A DNA stretch of 64,000 nucleotides from Octopus vulgaris. Lineage: Eukaryota. Position numbers and translations under genes: made by a program. This document shows, in pieces, positions 39,616 to 52,512 of the stretch (its first letter is position 1; each line of letters starts with the position of its first letter). The DNA lies in NCBI GenBank assembly GCA_951406725.2, contig OX597817.1, positions 52,638,001 through 52,702,000 of the forward strand. Direction: 5' to 3'. The notes under the pieces were generated by a model. It had not been told where the DNA came from. It did not search any database and saw only the letters and a list, made by a program, of their open reading frames with translations.

Positions 39616-41829
39616 TTGGGATCAATAAAATGTTTTGTCATCTGTTTATCAGGAAATGTAACAAATATTTCCTTCTTCGGAATTGGTGGAAGCATTGGTT
39701 TGGCTTGGGTTGTGAGAGGATATTGTTGGTTTTTTGTTGGTGTCTTTTCCCTCATATCTACTTTTAAGGCCCTTGCCACTGTAGATGGTGAGGGGGGCTG
39801 TTTTGCCCCGAGAGGCAGCGCCAGGGGAGTTTTCGGTGATCTTGGTGCTCTTTTGGTTGGTGTGTTACTGTCAACATGTTTCAGTGGTGCCTTCACTTGG
39901 AAGCTGGTGTCTACGTTTTCAGGGTTGTAGTGTCCCTGTGGGCCAGCTCTTGCACTCGAAGAGCTGTAGCTATTACGACGGAAGTTGTGCCTCTGATCTT
40001 GGTTGTTGTACTCGGAGGAGTATGCTGTCATGTGGCTTCCTTGTTGGTGTTGGGCATTGTAGTGACCTTGTAAGTGTTGAGTGCCCATTTGAGGCACATT
40101 AGGGGAGTAACCCTCAAACTGATTATTGCCATTTTGCATAGGGTATGAGCCGTAATCATCCGGTGAATATTGCTCCATTTTTGTAGGAGAATAGGGACTG
40201 TGACCCTGAGTATTGTAGTTTGTGGGTTTCTGGTCAAGACCCCTCATATTTTGATTTGAATTAATTTTTTGTTGGTGTAGGGAATGGCTAGTTCCCATGA
40301 ACTGTGTACCCATTTGTGGAGAAGGTGTGCGACGATGTTTGTTTTCAGTATACTGTGCCTTTGTTGAAGAAGGCATGTTGCTTGTAGGAGAATGCTGCAT
40401 GTGCCTGCCCGGTGAAGAAGGAATCTGGGACTGAGGAGACTGAGTACCAGGTACTCTGGGGGAATTTGTCACATTTGCAGAAGGCTGTGACATGGGAAGA
40501 TCTTCAGCATAAGCATAGGGATCCTGTTGTTCTTGCATTGGAGTGTCATAATATTCCGGAGGATATCTCTGGTCAACAGCTGGTGCCATATCCCTACCAT
40601 ATCCATCGTGTTCTGGAATATAATCTTGATTGTTTACATTCCTGGGTGATGTTGAACCTTTTCGAGTTCGAGACCTGCTTCTGTGAGACACAGGAGAATG
40701 TTGCATTGCAGCATTCTGGTTTGATTGGTGAGTATAGGGGCTGTTATCTAAGTCTGAAGCTCTTTGGGGGCTTTCTGTTCGGTAGAAATCATTGGCACTT
40801 GGAGGATAACCTCCTGATCCTTGGTTTGAACCAGGATTACGATAATTTTGAGCTGGGTGTGGAGATTGCCGACCATGTATTTGACTGTGGTCATTTGGTA
40901 TACTAGGACGCCTGTGGCCATGTGACTGCTGTGGAGAGTTGTCATAATAATTATCAGGTTGGTTGTATTCTGCATCATACATATGCTGGTCATATTGTTC
41001 TTGTTGAAAGGTGGCTTCCCTCTCAGCCTCATGTGGGTAATATTGGTCAGATTGCTGATAAGGCACAGGATTTTGGCGAGGGGAACCGCTGGGCTTTTGA
41101 CCATGATGTACAGAAGAGGCGTGTGAACTATATTGAGGCTGATGTGAGGTAGTGTTCAGATTTGTATGTTTGGGAGATGGCGAGTTGGTGTGACTGTGTG
41201 GAGTTTGCAACGAAGAAGAGTAGGGTTGGGAAGGTGCTTGGTGCTTTGGAGATGGATAAGCATCCCTAGTTAAAGTCTGTGATACCAATTTTGGGTGGGG
41301 GGGAGAGCTTGGGTGTTGGGGTGGTGATGAAGGACTGGCCATACGTTGCGGGGAACTATTATAAAAATCAGGATTGGATTGAGGGCTTTGTGACTGAGGA
41401 ATATTTTGTGGAACATTATCTGATAAGGGGATCTGAGGCTGAGGTGAAGTATTTGTAGGGGTTCCCTGGTTCTGTTGATATAAATGGTTATCAGGCAGTG
41501 GAGTGGAAGAGCCATTCAAATTTCCTCTGGGACCAGTTACAGGGTCTTTTACCAGGCCAGTTTGAATGGGTTGGGGTTTGTTTGACTGGTTTGTTGTTTG
41601 ACCCTTGTTTGATGCTAAAGTATGTTCAGTTTTACTTTCAGGGGTCTGATTTCTGTTTGGATCTGTTAAGTTTTGGTTTTGTGGCAACGAAGTGGGTTTT
41701 CCTGCAACAGGAGCTGGTGTGGTCTTTAGAGATGGTTTGCTGGGAGTTCCATTTTCTCGTCTTGGGGATGATTTTTTCACCTTTCCCTTCATCACGATTA
41801 CTGACCCCTTTTTAGGGGAAAGGGATTTT
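39616..41829 (-). CDS. Large internal coding exon (2,214 nt, phase 2-2) of an unidentified P/Q/S/N-rich, probably disordered protein
   Basis: 749-aa open frame in non-repetitive DNA; acceptor TTTCTTTTTCAG| before 41829 and donor AA|GTAAGT after 39616; no recognisable domain. Confidence 0.88.
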
Positions 41830-42043
41830 CTGAAAAAGAAAAAAAAGAAACAAAATAACAAATAAACAAGGAGATTGCATTATTTCACATGGAGATAATT
41901 TGTTACAAAATAACATTTAGCAAATAAGTTCTTTATGAAATTGGAAGTATAAAATATGAAATAAGAAAATATGAAAAGCTCAGGCATTCAATGAGGGCTC
42001 AGGGTTGTAGTTTCAACACCCAACTAATATATTATGGAATATA

Positions 42044-42205
42044 GTTAGTTAGTTAGTTAGTTAATTTGGCTCAAAAGCAAATAGCAAGGCCATGTAGGGG
42101 GACATGGAGTTAAGTACAGGGTGGTGTTCATGTAAAGAGTACAGGCCACTTGAGGTCCAGAGAGGCTTTGAACAAAGCGGTCGTCGGCATCTTCACCATC
42201 TCGTC
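42044..42205 (-). mobile_element. CR1/L2-group LINE 3' end with (TAAC)n tail
   Basis: DEMVKMPTTALFKASLDLKWPVLFT*, short UTR, tandem tail. Confidence 0.7.
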
Positions 42206-42215
42206 TGAATGTATG

Positions 42216-42533
42216 CAGTAGCGGACTGGGTTTTAAAATATTGGTTGGGTTGCCAGGAGACTAAGGGAGTCTACCCGCAACTACAAGGGGGCCTACCTGC
42301 AACTACAATGTTATCACTTAATTTTTTTTTTGTTAAAAGTATTCTTTTCAGCTGTCTACAAACACAGCTAGGCTGAAATGATAAATGCATTCTACCAGGG
42401 TTGAATAAAAAAATTCTGAAACTTGAGGGGATGAATCCCTTAGATACTAACATGGGCCCCCATATATGGATTCTAATGGCACAGGGAACCACTTGCCATT
42501 AGGAAAGCTGGAAACCTGGCCAGTCTGCCACTG
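42216..42533. mobile_element. MITE (hAT-like TIRs)
   Basis: CAGTAGCGGACTGG / CCAGTCTGCCACTG. Confidence 0.65.
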
Positions 42534-42587
42534 TAGATATGTATGGTTGTATCTATTTATACATATACATACATATATATATATACA

Positions 42588-42893
42588 TAAAAGCACCATT
42601 AGAGCATGATCGTTACCAATGTCACCTTACTGGCACTTGTGCTGGTGACATGTGAAAAAACATTCGAGCAAGGTCGTTGCCAGTACCACCTGAATGGCCC
42701 TCGTGCCGCTGGCACATAAAAGCACCCACTACACTCTTCGAGTGGTTGGCGTTAGGAAGGGCATCCAGCTGTAGAAACTCTGCCAGATCAGATTGGAGTC
42801 TGGAGCAGCCATCTGGTTTGCCAGTCCTCAGTCAAATCGCCTAACCCATCGTAGTATGGAAAGCGGACATTAAACGATGATGATGATGATGAT
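42588..42893 (+). mobile_element. RTE tail
   Basis: AAAAGCACC units, conserved core, (GAT)n. Confidence 0.85.
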
Positions 42894-43359
42894 ACACACA
42901 CACACACACAGACACACACACACACATGTGTATATATATATATATAAATATATGCATATACATATATATATATATATGTATGTATATACATATATGTATG
43001 TTTGTGTGTGTGTGATAGAAACAATGTTCTCTTTCAGTTTGATGCAAGTTTCAATAAGGTTACTGCTGATGTAGTTGTGTGACCCCTGGTGAATCCTAAT
43101 CAAGCAGGTTTTGAGCAAAGATATTCCAACTCTGATTAACCTATCTTTTTTTGAAGAAGTGTCTACCAATTCCTTATGTAATATATAACTTTTCATTTCT
43201 TCAGAACGTAGAGAGTAAACAGAAATGTGTTGGCTGCATGCATGCATGCATACATACATACATACATACATACCTTACATACACATAAATACATACATAC
43301 CTTACATGCATACATATTACATGCATACACACATTATATGTACACTTTACATATATATG

Positions 43360-43710
43360 TAAAAGAGGAAGGGTAAAGACTCCCTTCCATCATGAATGAC
43401 CTTGGGATTGCACCTAGAAAGTTGCCCTCTGAGGTACAAGTCTGGGTAGGGTTGTTTATAGAAGACCAACAGTCGCCCATGCATAACAGCTTCCCCTCTC
43501 CACGCCACTGATGTTATCCAAGGGAAAGGCAAATGCCAAGTCAGCCTGGCACCAGTGACACCACAATTCATTTCTATAGTTGAGCGAAGTGGGGCAACAT
43601 GAAATAAAGTATCTTGCGCAAGAACACAACACACAGCTTGGTCTGGGAATCGAACTCACTATCTCGTGATTGTGAGCTTGACGCTTTAACCATTAAGCCA
43701 TGTGCCTTCA
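43360..43710 (-). mobile_element. tRNA-derived SINE family D
   Basis: A box TGGCTTAATGG, B box GAGTTCGATTCC, then GTGTTCTTGCGCAAGATACTTTATTTCA. Confidence 0.8.
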
Positions 43711-45253
43711 CATATATATGTAAATGTATACATATTCTTACATGCATATTCATACATGTGTCCGTATAATAATTGCTTCTCCTTGTCAGATGATAGCTGT
43801 CTCATTATTTAATGATCAGTTAAACTACTCAACATCATACACCCATGTGCTCAGAGGTGACCCTTAAACTATTTCATTTACAAGTTTTAAGGCAGCAAGC
43901 AGGTAAAATTATAAGAATTATTGACACGCAGGGCAAAATGCTTTGTAGTATTTCATCCTTCTTCATGTTCTGAGTTCAAATTCCTCTGAGATTGACTTTG
44001 CCTTTCATCCTTTCAGGGTTGATAAAATAAGTACCAGTTGAGCATTGGGGTTGATATAATCGACTTACCTCTCCCCTCAAAATACTGGCCTTGTGCTAAA
44101 ATTTGAAGCCAACAATTTACAAGTTCTTTAACAAACCTGGCAGGCAAAATTCAGTCTTTCAACAGAAATGATCAGGTATGCCTGTGAACAACCATTGTTT
44201 CCCTCCAGAGTTGGATCTATGTTCTTTGTTGTACACCACATGCATGGTATATGAGGAGAGGGCAGTAAGAGGTCTATATATAGAGACTGTTTGTGTGAGT
44301 ATGTGTGTGACTTAATGGGATTAGCCATAGCCTGCTTTTTGAAAGAACACAACCTTAGATAGCTGATAATCAAAAGAACTGGAAGTGTGATATCTAAGGT
44401 TGTGTTCTTTCAAAAAGCAGGCTATGGCTAATCACATTAAGTCACATCTTACTCTTCTCAAACATGTTGCCTTTCTTTCTTACCAGAATGTTCCTGACCA
44501 TTCTTATGTACTATTGACTCTTCTCAGCTTCTTACATCTCCCCTGTTATTTATTTTTCTTGTTTACTACAGTCTTTGCATCATCTTTCGGTTTGCTTTGC
44601 AGATAATTTTCAGTTTTCATTTCACTGAAAAGAAAACTGATTTTGTGGATGTTTATTGTTCTTTTGTAGAAAGAACAATAAACAATAAATGTAGAAATCT
44701 CCAAGAAGGTAAGGAGATAGACAAAGAACATGCTGCTTTCACCCACTATGATTTCTGCCGACTCCCTCAGCCCCATTCCTAACAGACACTGCTCCTTGTT
44801 CTCTTGGCCTTAGATATACAAAGATTTGATAAAACTTGTCTATAAATTAAAACTGACCCCTTAAAACAGTGACAAGCAAAATCTGTATCTTCTGATACCT
44901 TGTAGCTTCTAAGCTGAAGTGAAGGTAGCATGTTCTTTGTCTATCTCCTTACCTTCTTGGAGTTTTTAGGTAAAATTATACAAATGTTTCCATCTGTTTT
45001 AATTTAATTAAATTTTATGTCTTTATGCAGCTGAGGATTGCTCTGCATTTAAATTGATGTAATGATTGCATTGTTTAATTAAATGGAGTTGCTTGAAACG
45101 ATAGTACTGCATTACCTCTGGATATCCTTGTTGTTTATTTTGATTTTAATCACCTTATTTTGAAATTGTATGGATAATACCATACTAAATTCTGGTGCCT
45201 CAACTTAAGTACCATATTCATGTGAATCTATATATATATAGATATATATCTAA

Positions 45254-45499
45254 AAATAAGAAAATGGAGAGGATAATCAATAGACAAACATCAGCTTGTA
45301 AGCATTCAATTATACCTATTTATTAATTAATTACAATCATATGTATGAGTGATCCAAATAAGCGAATACATATTTGCTTATTTCATTTGTTTATTTGGAC
45401 CACTCACACATATGATTGTAATTAATTAATAAATAGGTATAATTGAATGTTTACAAGCTGGTGTTTGTCGATTGATTATCCTCTCCATTTTCTTATTTG
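45254..45499. repeat. ~245-bp fold-back
   Basis: AAATAAGAAAATGGAGAGGATAATC... / ...GATTATCCTCTCCATTTTCTTATTT; other fold-backs at 44306-44446 and 46032-46149. Confidence 0.9.
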
Positions 45500-45642
45500 C
45501 CTAAAAAATCCTGGGTAAATTTCTGCTTTACCCCCACCCATACCTAGTAGTCTATTGTAATATTGCCCTGTAGGTATACATCCAGTAGTGTATTGGATAT
45601 TCACTATCCCTTAAATGGTTGCTTAATCTCTAACTCATAAAG

Positions 45643-45695
<53 letters not shown>

Positions 45696-46387
45696 ACACT
45701 GTGATCACCGTGATCGACCAGGCTATCAGATGTTGCTACACATCGCTGGTTACAATGCACTTCGCACTGTTTTAGCCTTCAAATGATGCCACCCCGCTGG
45801 CTAAGCGAGCAGGCCAACAGAAGAGTGAGAGAAAGTTGTGCTGAAAGAGTACAGAAAGGATCACCACCATCCCCTGCCGGAACCTCGTGGAGCTTTAGGT
45901 ATTTTTGCTCAATAAACACTCACAACACCCAGTATGGGAACTGAAACCATGATCCTACAACTGTGAGTCTGCTGCCCTAACCACTGGGCCATTGCGCCTC
46001 CACACACACACACACACATATGCGGCAAATAAGCCAGTAGATATTCCAGTGTGTCTATTTATTCCAAACCATTAGAAGAAAACATAATCTGGCACTATGT
46101 TTTCTTCTAATGCTTTGGAATAAATAGACACACTGGAATATCTACCGGCTGATGTATGTCATTTTGTATCCTTTTCATTTTCATATTTACCATATAAATT
46201 CAGGGTAAACCACTTTTTACCCCAGCCCATATATGACACTCAACTGTGAAATTGCCATGCAATAACCAGCATTTGACTATGAATAACTGGGTATACTACC
46301 AGCAGTATATTGGATAGGTACTGTCCCTTAGGTGGTTGGTTTCCCAACCTCTAACTCTCACAGAAATATATATATATATATATATAT

Positions 46388-48053
46388 AGGGTTCCCCGTT
46401 CCCTTATCTGGTGGTCGATGCGGAAACTGGAGATTGACGAATGGCTAATAAGGGATGTACAGGCTCTATACAGAGAGGCTGCCAGCAAGGTTAGGATTGG
46501 CAACGAATATAGTGAAGAATTCCGGGTAGAAGTAGGTGTGCACCAGGGCTCAGCCCTCAGTCCCCTTCTATTCATCATAGTCCTCCAGGCAATAACAGAG
46601 GAATTCAAAACAGGATGCCCCTGGGAGCTCCTCTATGCTGATGACCTGGCTCTCATAGCAGAATCACTACCGGAACTAGAAAAGAAATTTCGGGTGTGGA
46701 AGCAAGGGTTAGAATCAAAGGGCCTTAGAGTAAATGTAGCAAAGACCAAAGTAATAGTAAGCAGCAAGGCGTACTCAGCACACACCCCCTCGGGTAGGTG
46801 GCCCTGCTCAATCTGTAGGAAAGGTGCAGGTAGAAACTCCATAAGATGCACCCAATGTAAGCTATGGACGCACAAGAGGTGCAGCAACATTAAAGGGAAA
46901 TTAACAGATAAGATAGCCTTCATGTGCGGCAGATGCACAGGGACAATAGACACCACAGACACTCAGAAAACAGATTCCATCACACTCCAGGGAGAGAAAC
47001 TAGAAGTAGTTGATAGTTTCCGCTACCTGGGTGACCAAGTTAGTAGCGGAGGTGGATGCACAGAGAGTATCACCACTAGAATACGAATAGCCTGGGCAAA
47101 GTTCAGAAAGCTCCTACCCCTACTGGCGAAAAAGGGTCTCTCCCTCAGAGCGAAAGGTAGACTGTATGATGCATGTGTGCGAACTGCCATGCTTCATGGT
47201 AATGAAACATGGGCTATGACTGCAGAGGACATGCGTAGACTTGAAAGAAATGAAGCTAGCATGATCCGCTGGATGTGTAATGTCAGTGTGCACGCACGAC
47301 AGAGTGTAAGCATCCTGAGAGAAATGCTGGATATAAGAAGCATCAAATGTGGTGTGCAAGAGCGACGCTTGCGATGGTATGGTCATGTGCTGCGGATGGA
47401 TGAGGAGAGATGTGTGAAGAAGTGCCACTCCCAAACAGCTGAAGGTATCAGGGGGAGAGGTAGACCCAGGAAGACATGGGATGAGGCAGTCAAGCTTGAC
47501 CTCAGAGCGTTGGGCCTCACCGAGGCAATGGCGAAGGACCGAGATCTCTGGAGATATGCTGTGACTGCAAAGACCCAGGCTGCTTCCTGCATCAGTTCCG
47601 CATAGCCCCTGCCCATTCAAAGTACCCCGGATCCCAGATCGTCCCGCTGTGCTTGAGGAGACCTGTTGAGTCAAGTACATGAACACTCCAAACACCCCTC
47701 CCCGCTGGTGCTCCCTTATATTTCTGCACCCCCCCCCACATAAAAAGCACCATCCGAACGTGGCCGATGCCAGCACCGACCCGACTGGCTTCTGTGCAGG
47801 TGGCACATAAAAAGCACCAACCGACCGTGGCCATTGCCAGACCCCTCTGGCACCTGTGCAGGTGGCACGTAAAAAGCACCCACTACACTCGCGGAGTGGT
47901 TGGCGTTAGGAAGGGCATCCAGCTGTAGAAACACTGCCAGACCAGACTGGAGCCTGGGGCAGTCCCTGGCTCCCCAGACCCCGGTCGAAACCGTCCAACC
48001 CGTGCTAGCGCGGAAAACGGACGTTAAACGATGATGATGATGATGATGATGAT
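46388..48053 (+). mobile_element. Young 5'-truncated RTE LINE (uninterrupted 395-aa C-terminal ORF with PHD-like finger) plus tail
   Basis: GVHQGSALSPLLF, YADD, CSIC...CTQC..WTHKRC...CGRC, DRDLWR; (GAT)n end; CpGs retained. Confidence 0.95.
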
Positions 48054-48084
48054 ATATATATATCAGATTTGGATGTGGTGTACA

Positions 48085-48825
48085 AGAGGGACGTTTGCGC
48101 TGGTATGGTCATGTACTATGGATGGATGAGGAGAGATGTGTGAAGAAGTGCCACTCCCAAACAGTTGAAGGAATTTAGGGGAGAGGTAGACCCAGGAAGA
48201 CATAGGATAAGATGGTCAAGCATGACCTTCGAACGTTGGGCCTCACAGAGGCAATGACGAAGACCGAGATCTCTGGAGATATGCTGTGACTGCAAAGACC
48301 CGATAAATAATGTGAGTTCATGGCTGTTTCCTGCACTAGTTTCACATAGCAGCCCCAGACCATCCAAAGTACCTTGGATTGCAGAACGACCTGCTGTGCT
48401 TACCGTGGATCGTAGGGTGACCTGCTGTGCTTGAGGAGACCTATTGAGTCAAGTACATCAACATCAAAATAAATATCAAATGGAAATCATAGTTGTGATA
48501 CCTGTGCCGGTGGCATGTAAAAAGCACTATCCAAATGTGACTGATGCCAGCGTCGCCTCGACTGGCTTCCGTGCTGGTAGCATGTAAAAAGCACCAACCA
48601 ATCGTGGCTGCTGCCAGCCTCCCCTGGCACCCGTGCTGGTAGCACGTAAGAATCACCCACTACACTCACGGAGTGGTTGGCGTTAGGAAGGGCATCCAGC
48701 TGTAGAAACACTGCCAGATCAGACCGGAGCCTGGTGCAGCCTCCTGGCTTCCTAGAACCCGGTCAAACCGTCCAACCCGTGCTAGCATGGAAAACGGATA
48801 TTAAATGATGATGAAGATGATGATG
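48085..48825 (+). mobile_element. Second RTE 3' fragment in tandem
   Basis: Repeats RWYGHVLxMDEERCVKKCHS and the tail. Confidence 0.9.
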
Positions 48826-49383
48826 ATCATCATCATCGTTGTTTAACATCCACTTTCCATACTAGCATTTATTTATATATATTTGTATATACATACATAC
48901 ACACACATATATATCTACATTTATATACATATGTATATAAATGTATGTATATATACATATACAGACATACATAAATGCATGCATTCAAATAAATGTGGAC
49001 AGAGAAGCAGATATATTCATGTACAAACAGGGACAGATATAAACCTGTAGAAATACAATATATATTTTATGAGAGTTGAGTTACATTACTGGAGGAATTT
49101 TATTAAGTGGAAGACTAATTTACAGTATAACAGCTACCACCACCACCACCACCACCAACAACAACAACAAAATCGTCCTAGTTCTAACCCTTTGACATTC
49201 AGATTGTTCTGTCAGATGGAATGCTTTTTTATTCAAATGGACTTCGTTGGAATATTTAAGTATAGAGAAAGAAGGAAGAAGAGAGATATGAAAGAAAATG
49301 AAAAAATAAATAAATGTGGTGGTGGGGAGGTGATAAAGCCGGGGTGGGGGGAAGCTTGGGGGGAGGGGCGATGGGCCACATAC

Positions 49384-49496
49384 CTCAGAACAAGTGAGGT
49401 GTGGCTGAGCACACCACTGTTACAACTGTGATGGCTGGCGTTGCTGCCGAGAATGGCCAGCTGCAGCAACCTCTCCACTTTAAGGGGCTCATTTCT
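49384..49496 (-). CDS. Candidate small exon upstream of the large exon
   Basis: GC-richer unique stretch, open frame RNEPLKVERLLQLAILGSNASHHSCNSGVLSHTSLVL, donor AG|GTATGT in phase 2; acceptor is weak. Confidence 0.3.
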
Positions 49497-50199
49497 CTGA
49501 CAGGCCAGTGTTATGCTTATTTTGTGAAGAAAATCAGTAGTTCAGGGTTCTAGCCCTACTGACATCTTAATGGTGACCAGCACAAACTGATAATGGCCGG
49601 CCAGGCCTCTGTCATCATCATCATTGTTTAACGTCAGTTTTCCATGCTGGCATGGGTTGGACGGTTTGACTGGGGACTGGCAAGCCAGGAGGCTGCACCA
49701 GGCTCCAATCTGATCTAGCAATGTTTCTACAGTTGGATGCCCTTCCTAATGCCAACCAGTCCGAGAGTGTAGTGGGTGCTTTTTACATGTTAACGAACAC
49801 GGGAGCCCGTCTGGTGGCACTGGCATCGATCATGTTTGGATGGTGCTTTTTATGTGTCACCAGCACAGGAACCAGTCAGGGCAGGAGGAAAGGCTGGCAT
49901 CGATCATGTTTGGATGGTGCATTTTATGTGTCACTGGCACGGGGAGCCAGTCAGGCAGTTCTGGCAGCAACCCACACACGAATGGTGCTTATTGCATGCC
50001 ACCAGCACTGGTATCGGCCACAACTACAATTACCATTTGATTGTGATTTGATTTGATTTTGATTTATTTGACTCAATAGGTCTCCTCAAGCACGGAATGT
50101 CACCTGATGATTCAAAGGTACTTTTTAAATGGGCTGGTTATGCAACACTAGTATAGGCTATGGCTGTGGTCTCACTTCCCTTGCTGGATCTTCTCAATC

Positions 50200-50395
50200 A
50201 CTGGTATATTTCTGGTATATTTTGATTTTTCCCTCCTCTATGTTATGACTGGTGACACCCAAGTTTGTAGCTAATGCACCAAGGTTGGAGCTGGAGAACA
50301 TGTAGCTGCATATTGTGTCCCTGACTAGAGATCTGCATTCCTCAAATGGGAAAAGTGTTATTCCGTCGGGGTACTTACCATCCCCGTGGTTTGAG
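50200..50395 (-). mobile_element. Restriction-like endonuclease fragment of a CRE-type non-LTR retrotransposon
   Basis: GDGKYPDGITLFPF..CRSLVRDTICS...EEGK resembles DGKRPDGxTLxPW...LxWDxTC...ExxK. Confidence 0.7.
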
Positions 50396-50561
50396 TTAAT
50401 CATGGATTATCTCATATCTTTGAGATTTCAATAACGAGATTATTTATTTTTAGAATGACATTGTAGGATGTGTGTGAGAGTCCAAATCTGGCCAATTTGA
50501 ACATAAAATAAGGAGACTATTTTGGCTCGATATCTCTAGTTCAAATGCTAAAAGTTTAGTC

Positions 50562-51146
50562 CAGTGGTTCTCAACCTGGGGTCTGCAGACCTCTGGCTAT
50601 TTGCAAAGGTAGTACTGGGGTCCGCAAACTAAATTCAAAATTTCACACACTCTATAACTCTTTTACTTGTTTCAGTCATTTGACTGTGGCCATGCTGGAG
50701 CACCACCTTTAGTCGAAGAAATCGACCCCAGGACTTATTCTTTGTAAGCCTAGTACTTATTCTATCGGTCTCTTTTGCTGAACCACTAAGTTATGGGGAC
50801 ATAAATACACCAGCATCGGTTAAGTGATGTTGGGGGACAAACGCAGACACACAAACATATACACACACATACATACATATATACTTATATACGATGGCTT
50901 CTTTCAGTTTCCGTCTACCAAATCCACTCACAAGGCTTTGGTTGGCCCGAGGCTATAGTAGAAGACACTTGCCCAAGGTGCCACGCAGTGGGACTGAACC
51001 CAGAACCATGTGGTTGGTAAGCAAGCTACTTACCACACAGCCACTCCTGCGCCTATATATATAAATACGAAAGGATATGCATATTAAAAGGAGTTTGTGG
51101 GAAAACTCATTTAAATAAATGGTAGTGAAAAGGTTCAGAACCACTG
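50562..51146. mobile_element. hAT-Charlie-like MITE with nested SINE A (50657-51053, minus)
   Basis: TIRs CAGTGGTTCTCAACC / GGTTCAGAACCACTG; 8-bp TSD GTTTAGTC / GGTTAGTC. Confidence 0.85.
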
Positions 51147-51639
51147 GGTTAGTCCAATACAAACCTAAAACCTCTGGATTGATAACTATGTGTTGCTTTC
51201 TTGAACTTTGGATACTTCTCTGGCGGGAAGTAGGGGTTTTTGTGACTGACCCAGTGTTACCATAGCAGCTAGTAAGGTAAAATTATATTAGTAACATGTT
51301 ACTCATCATAGAAACATCAATAACAGCAACTGCAAACATACAAAACATACAAAACAAAATGGATTTGTTAATTTTATAAGTATGTGTGTTTGTATGTATT
51401 CTGACATTCTTTTACTGGTTCTACTCTTTGGATTGTGGCCATACTGGAGCACTATCTTCAATAGGTTTTTGAAAACAATGTACTTGTGTTATTGATTTCA
51501 ATTGATCAAATCCAACATTTTCACATCAGTTACCAAACACAGACACAGCTATAGAGACATACCCACATTTTAACCTAACCAACAGGAAAGAGTACCTTTT
51601 AAGCTTAATTGCATTTCACAAGCAAGACACCTCCCACTG

Positions 51640-51676
<37 letters not shown>

Positions 51677-52437
51677 CCATACAAAAGCAAAAAAAAAAAT
51701 AATAATTGGCTATATAAATGAGAACTCCAGGAAGGTGTGGAATGAGAAATATTTGTTACCATTAGTAGTGAATAACAACCCCAACCCACCTTGTGCAATA
51801 CCGCCACCATCGCCACCCCCATCACCACCAACAGCCACCACTTCACCAGCAAGGCAAGTGGTCAGTGTAGTCTGCATACTGACCTCCAATAACATTCATT
51901 CTAATCACTGATTGCAATTTTGCTTACACTCACACAAATACATAGATATTTTTTCGTTATGCACACATACACAACCATATCAAATATATATATATGTGTG
52001 TGCGTGTGTGTGTGTGTGTACATATATATATATAAATATACACACACACATATATATATATATATGAATACACACACACACATATATCACCATGATCACC
52101 GTGACCGAAAGGCTATCAGATGTTGCTACACATCGCTGGTCACAATGCGCTTCGCATTGTTTTAGCCTGCAAATGATGCCATCCCGCTGGCTAAGCGAGC
52201 AGGCCAATAGAAGAAAGAGTGAGAGAAGGTTGTGGCGAAAGAGTACAGCAGGGATCGCCACCAATCCCGGCCGGAGCCTCGTGGAGCTTTAGGTGTTTTC
52301 GCTCAATAAACACTCACAATGCCCAGTCTGGGAATCGAAACTGCGATCCTACAACTGTGAGTCTGCTGCACTAACCACTGGGCTATTGCACCTCCACACA
52401 CACACATATATATATATATATTTATATATATACACAC

Positions 52438-52492
<55 letters not shown>

Positions 52493-52512
52493 CACATACA
52501 CACACACACACA

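Noticed and set aside
39529-41815. Plus-strand ORFs over the large exon
   Set aside because: Antisense shadows of the minus-strand coding exon
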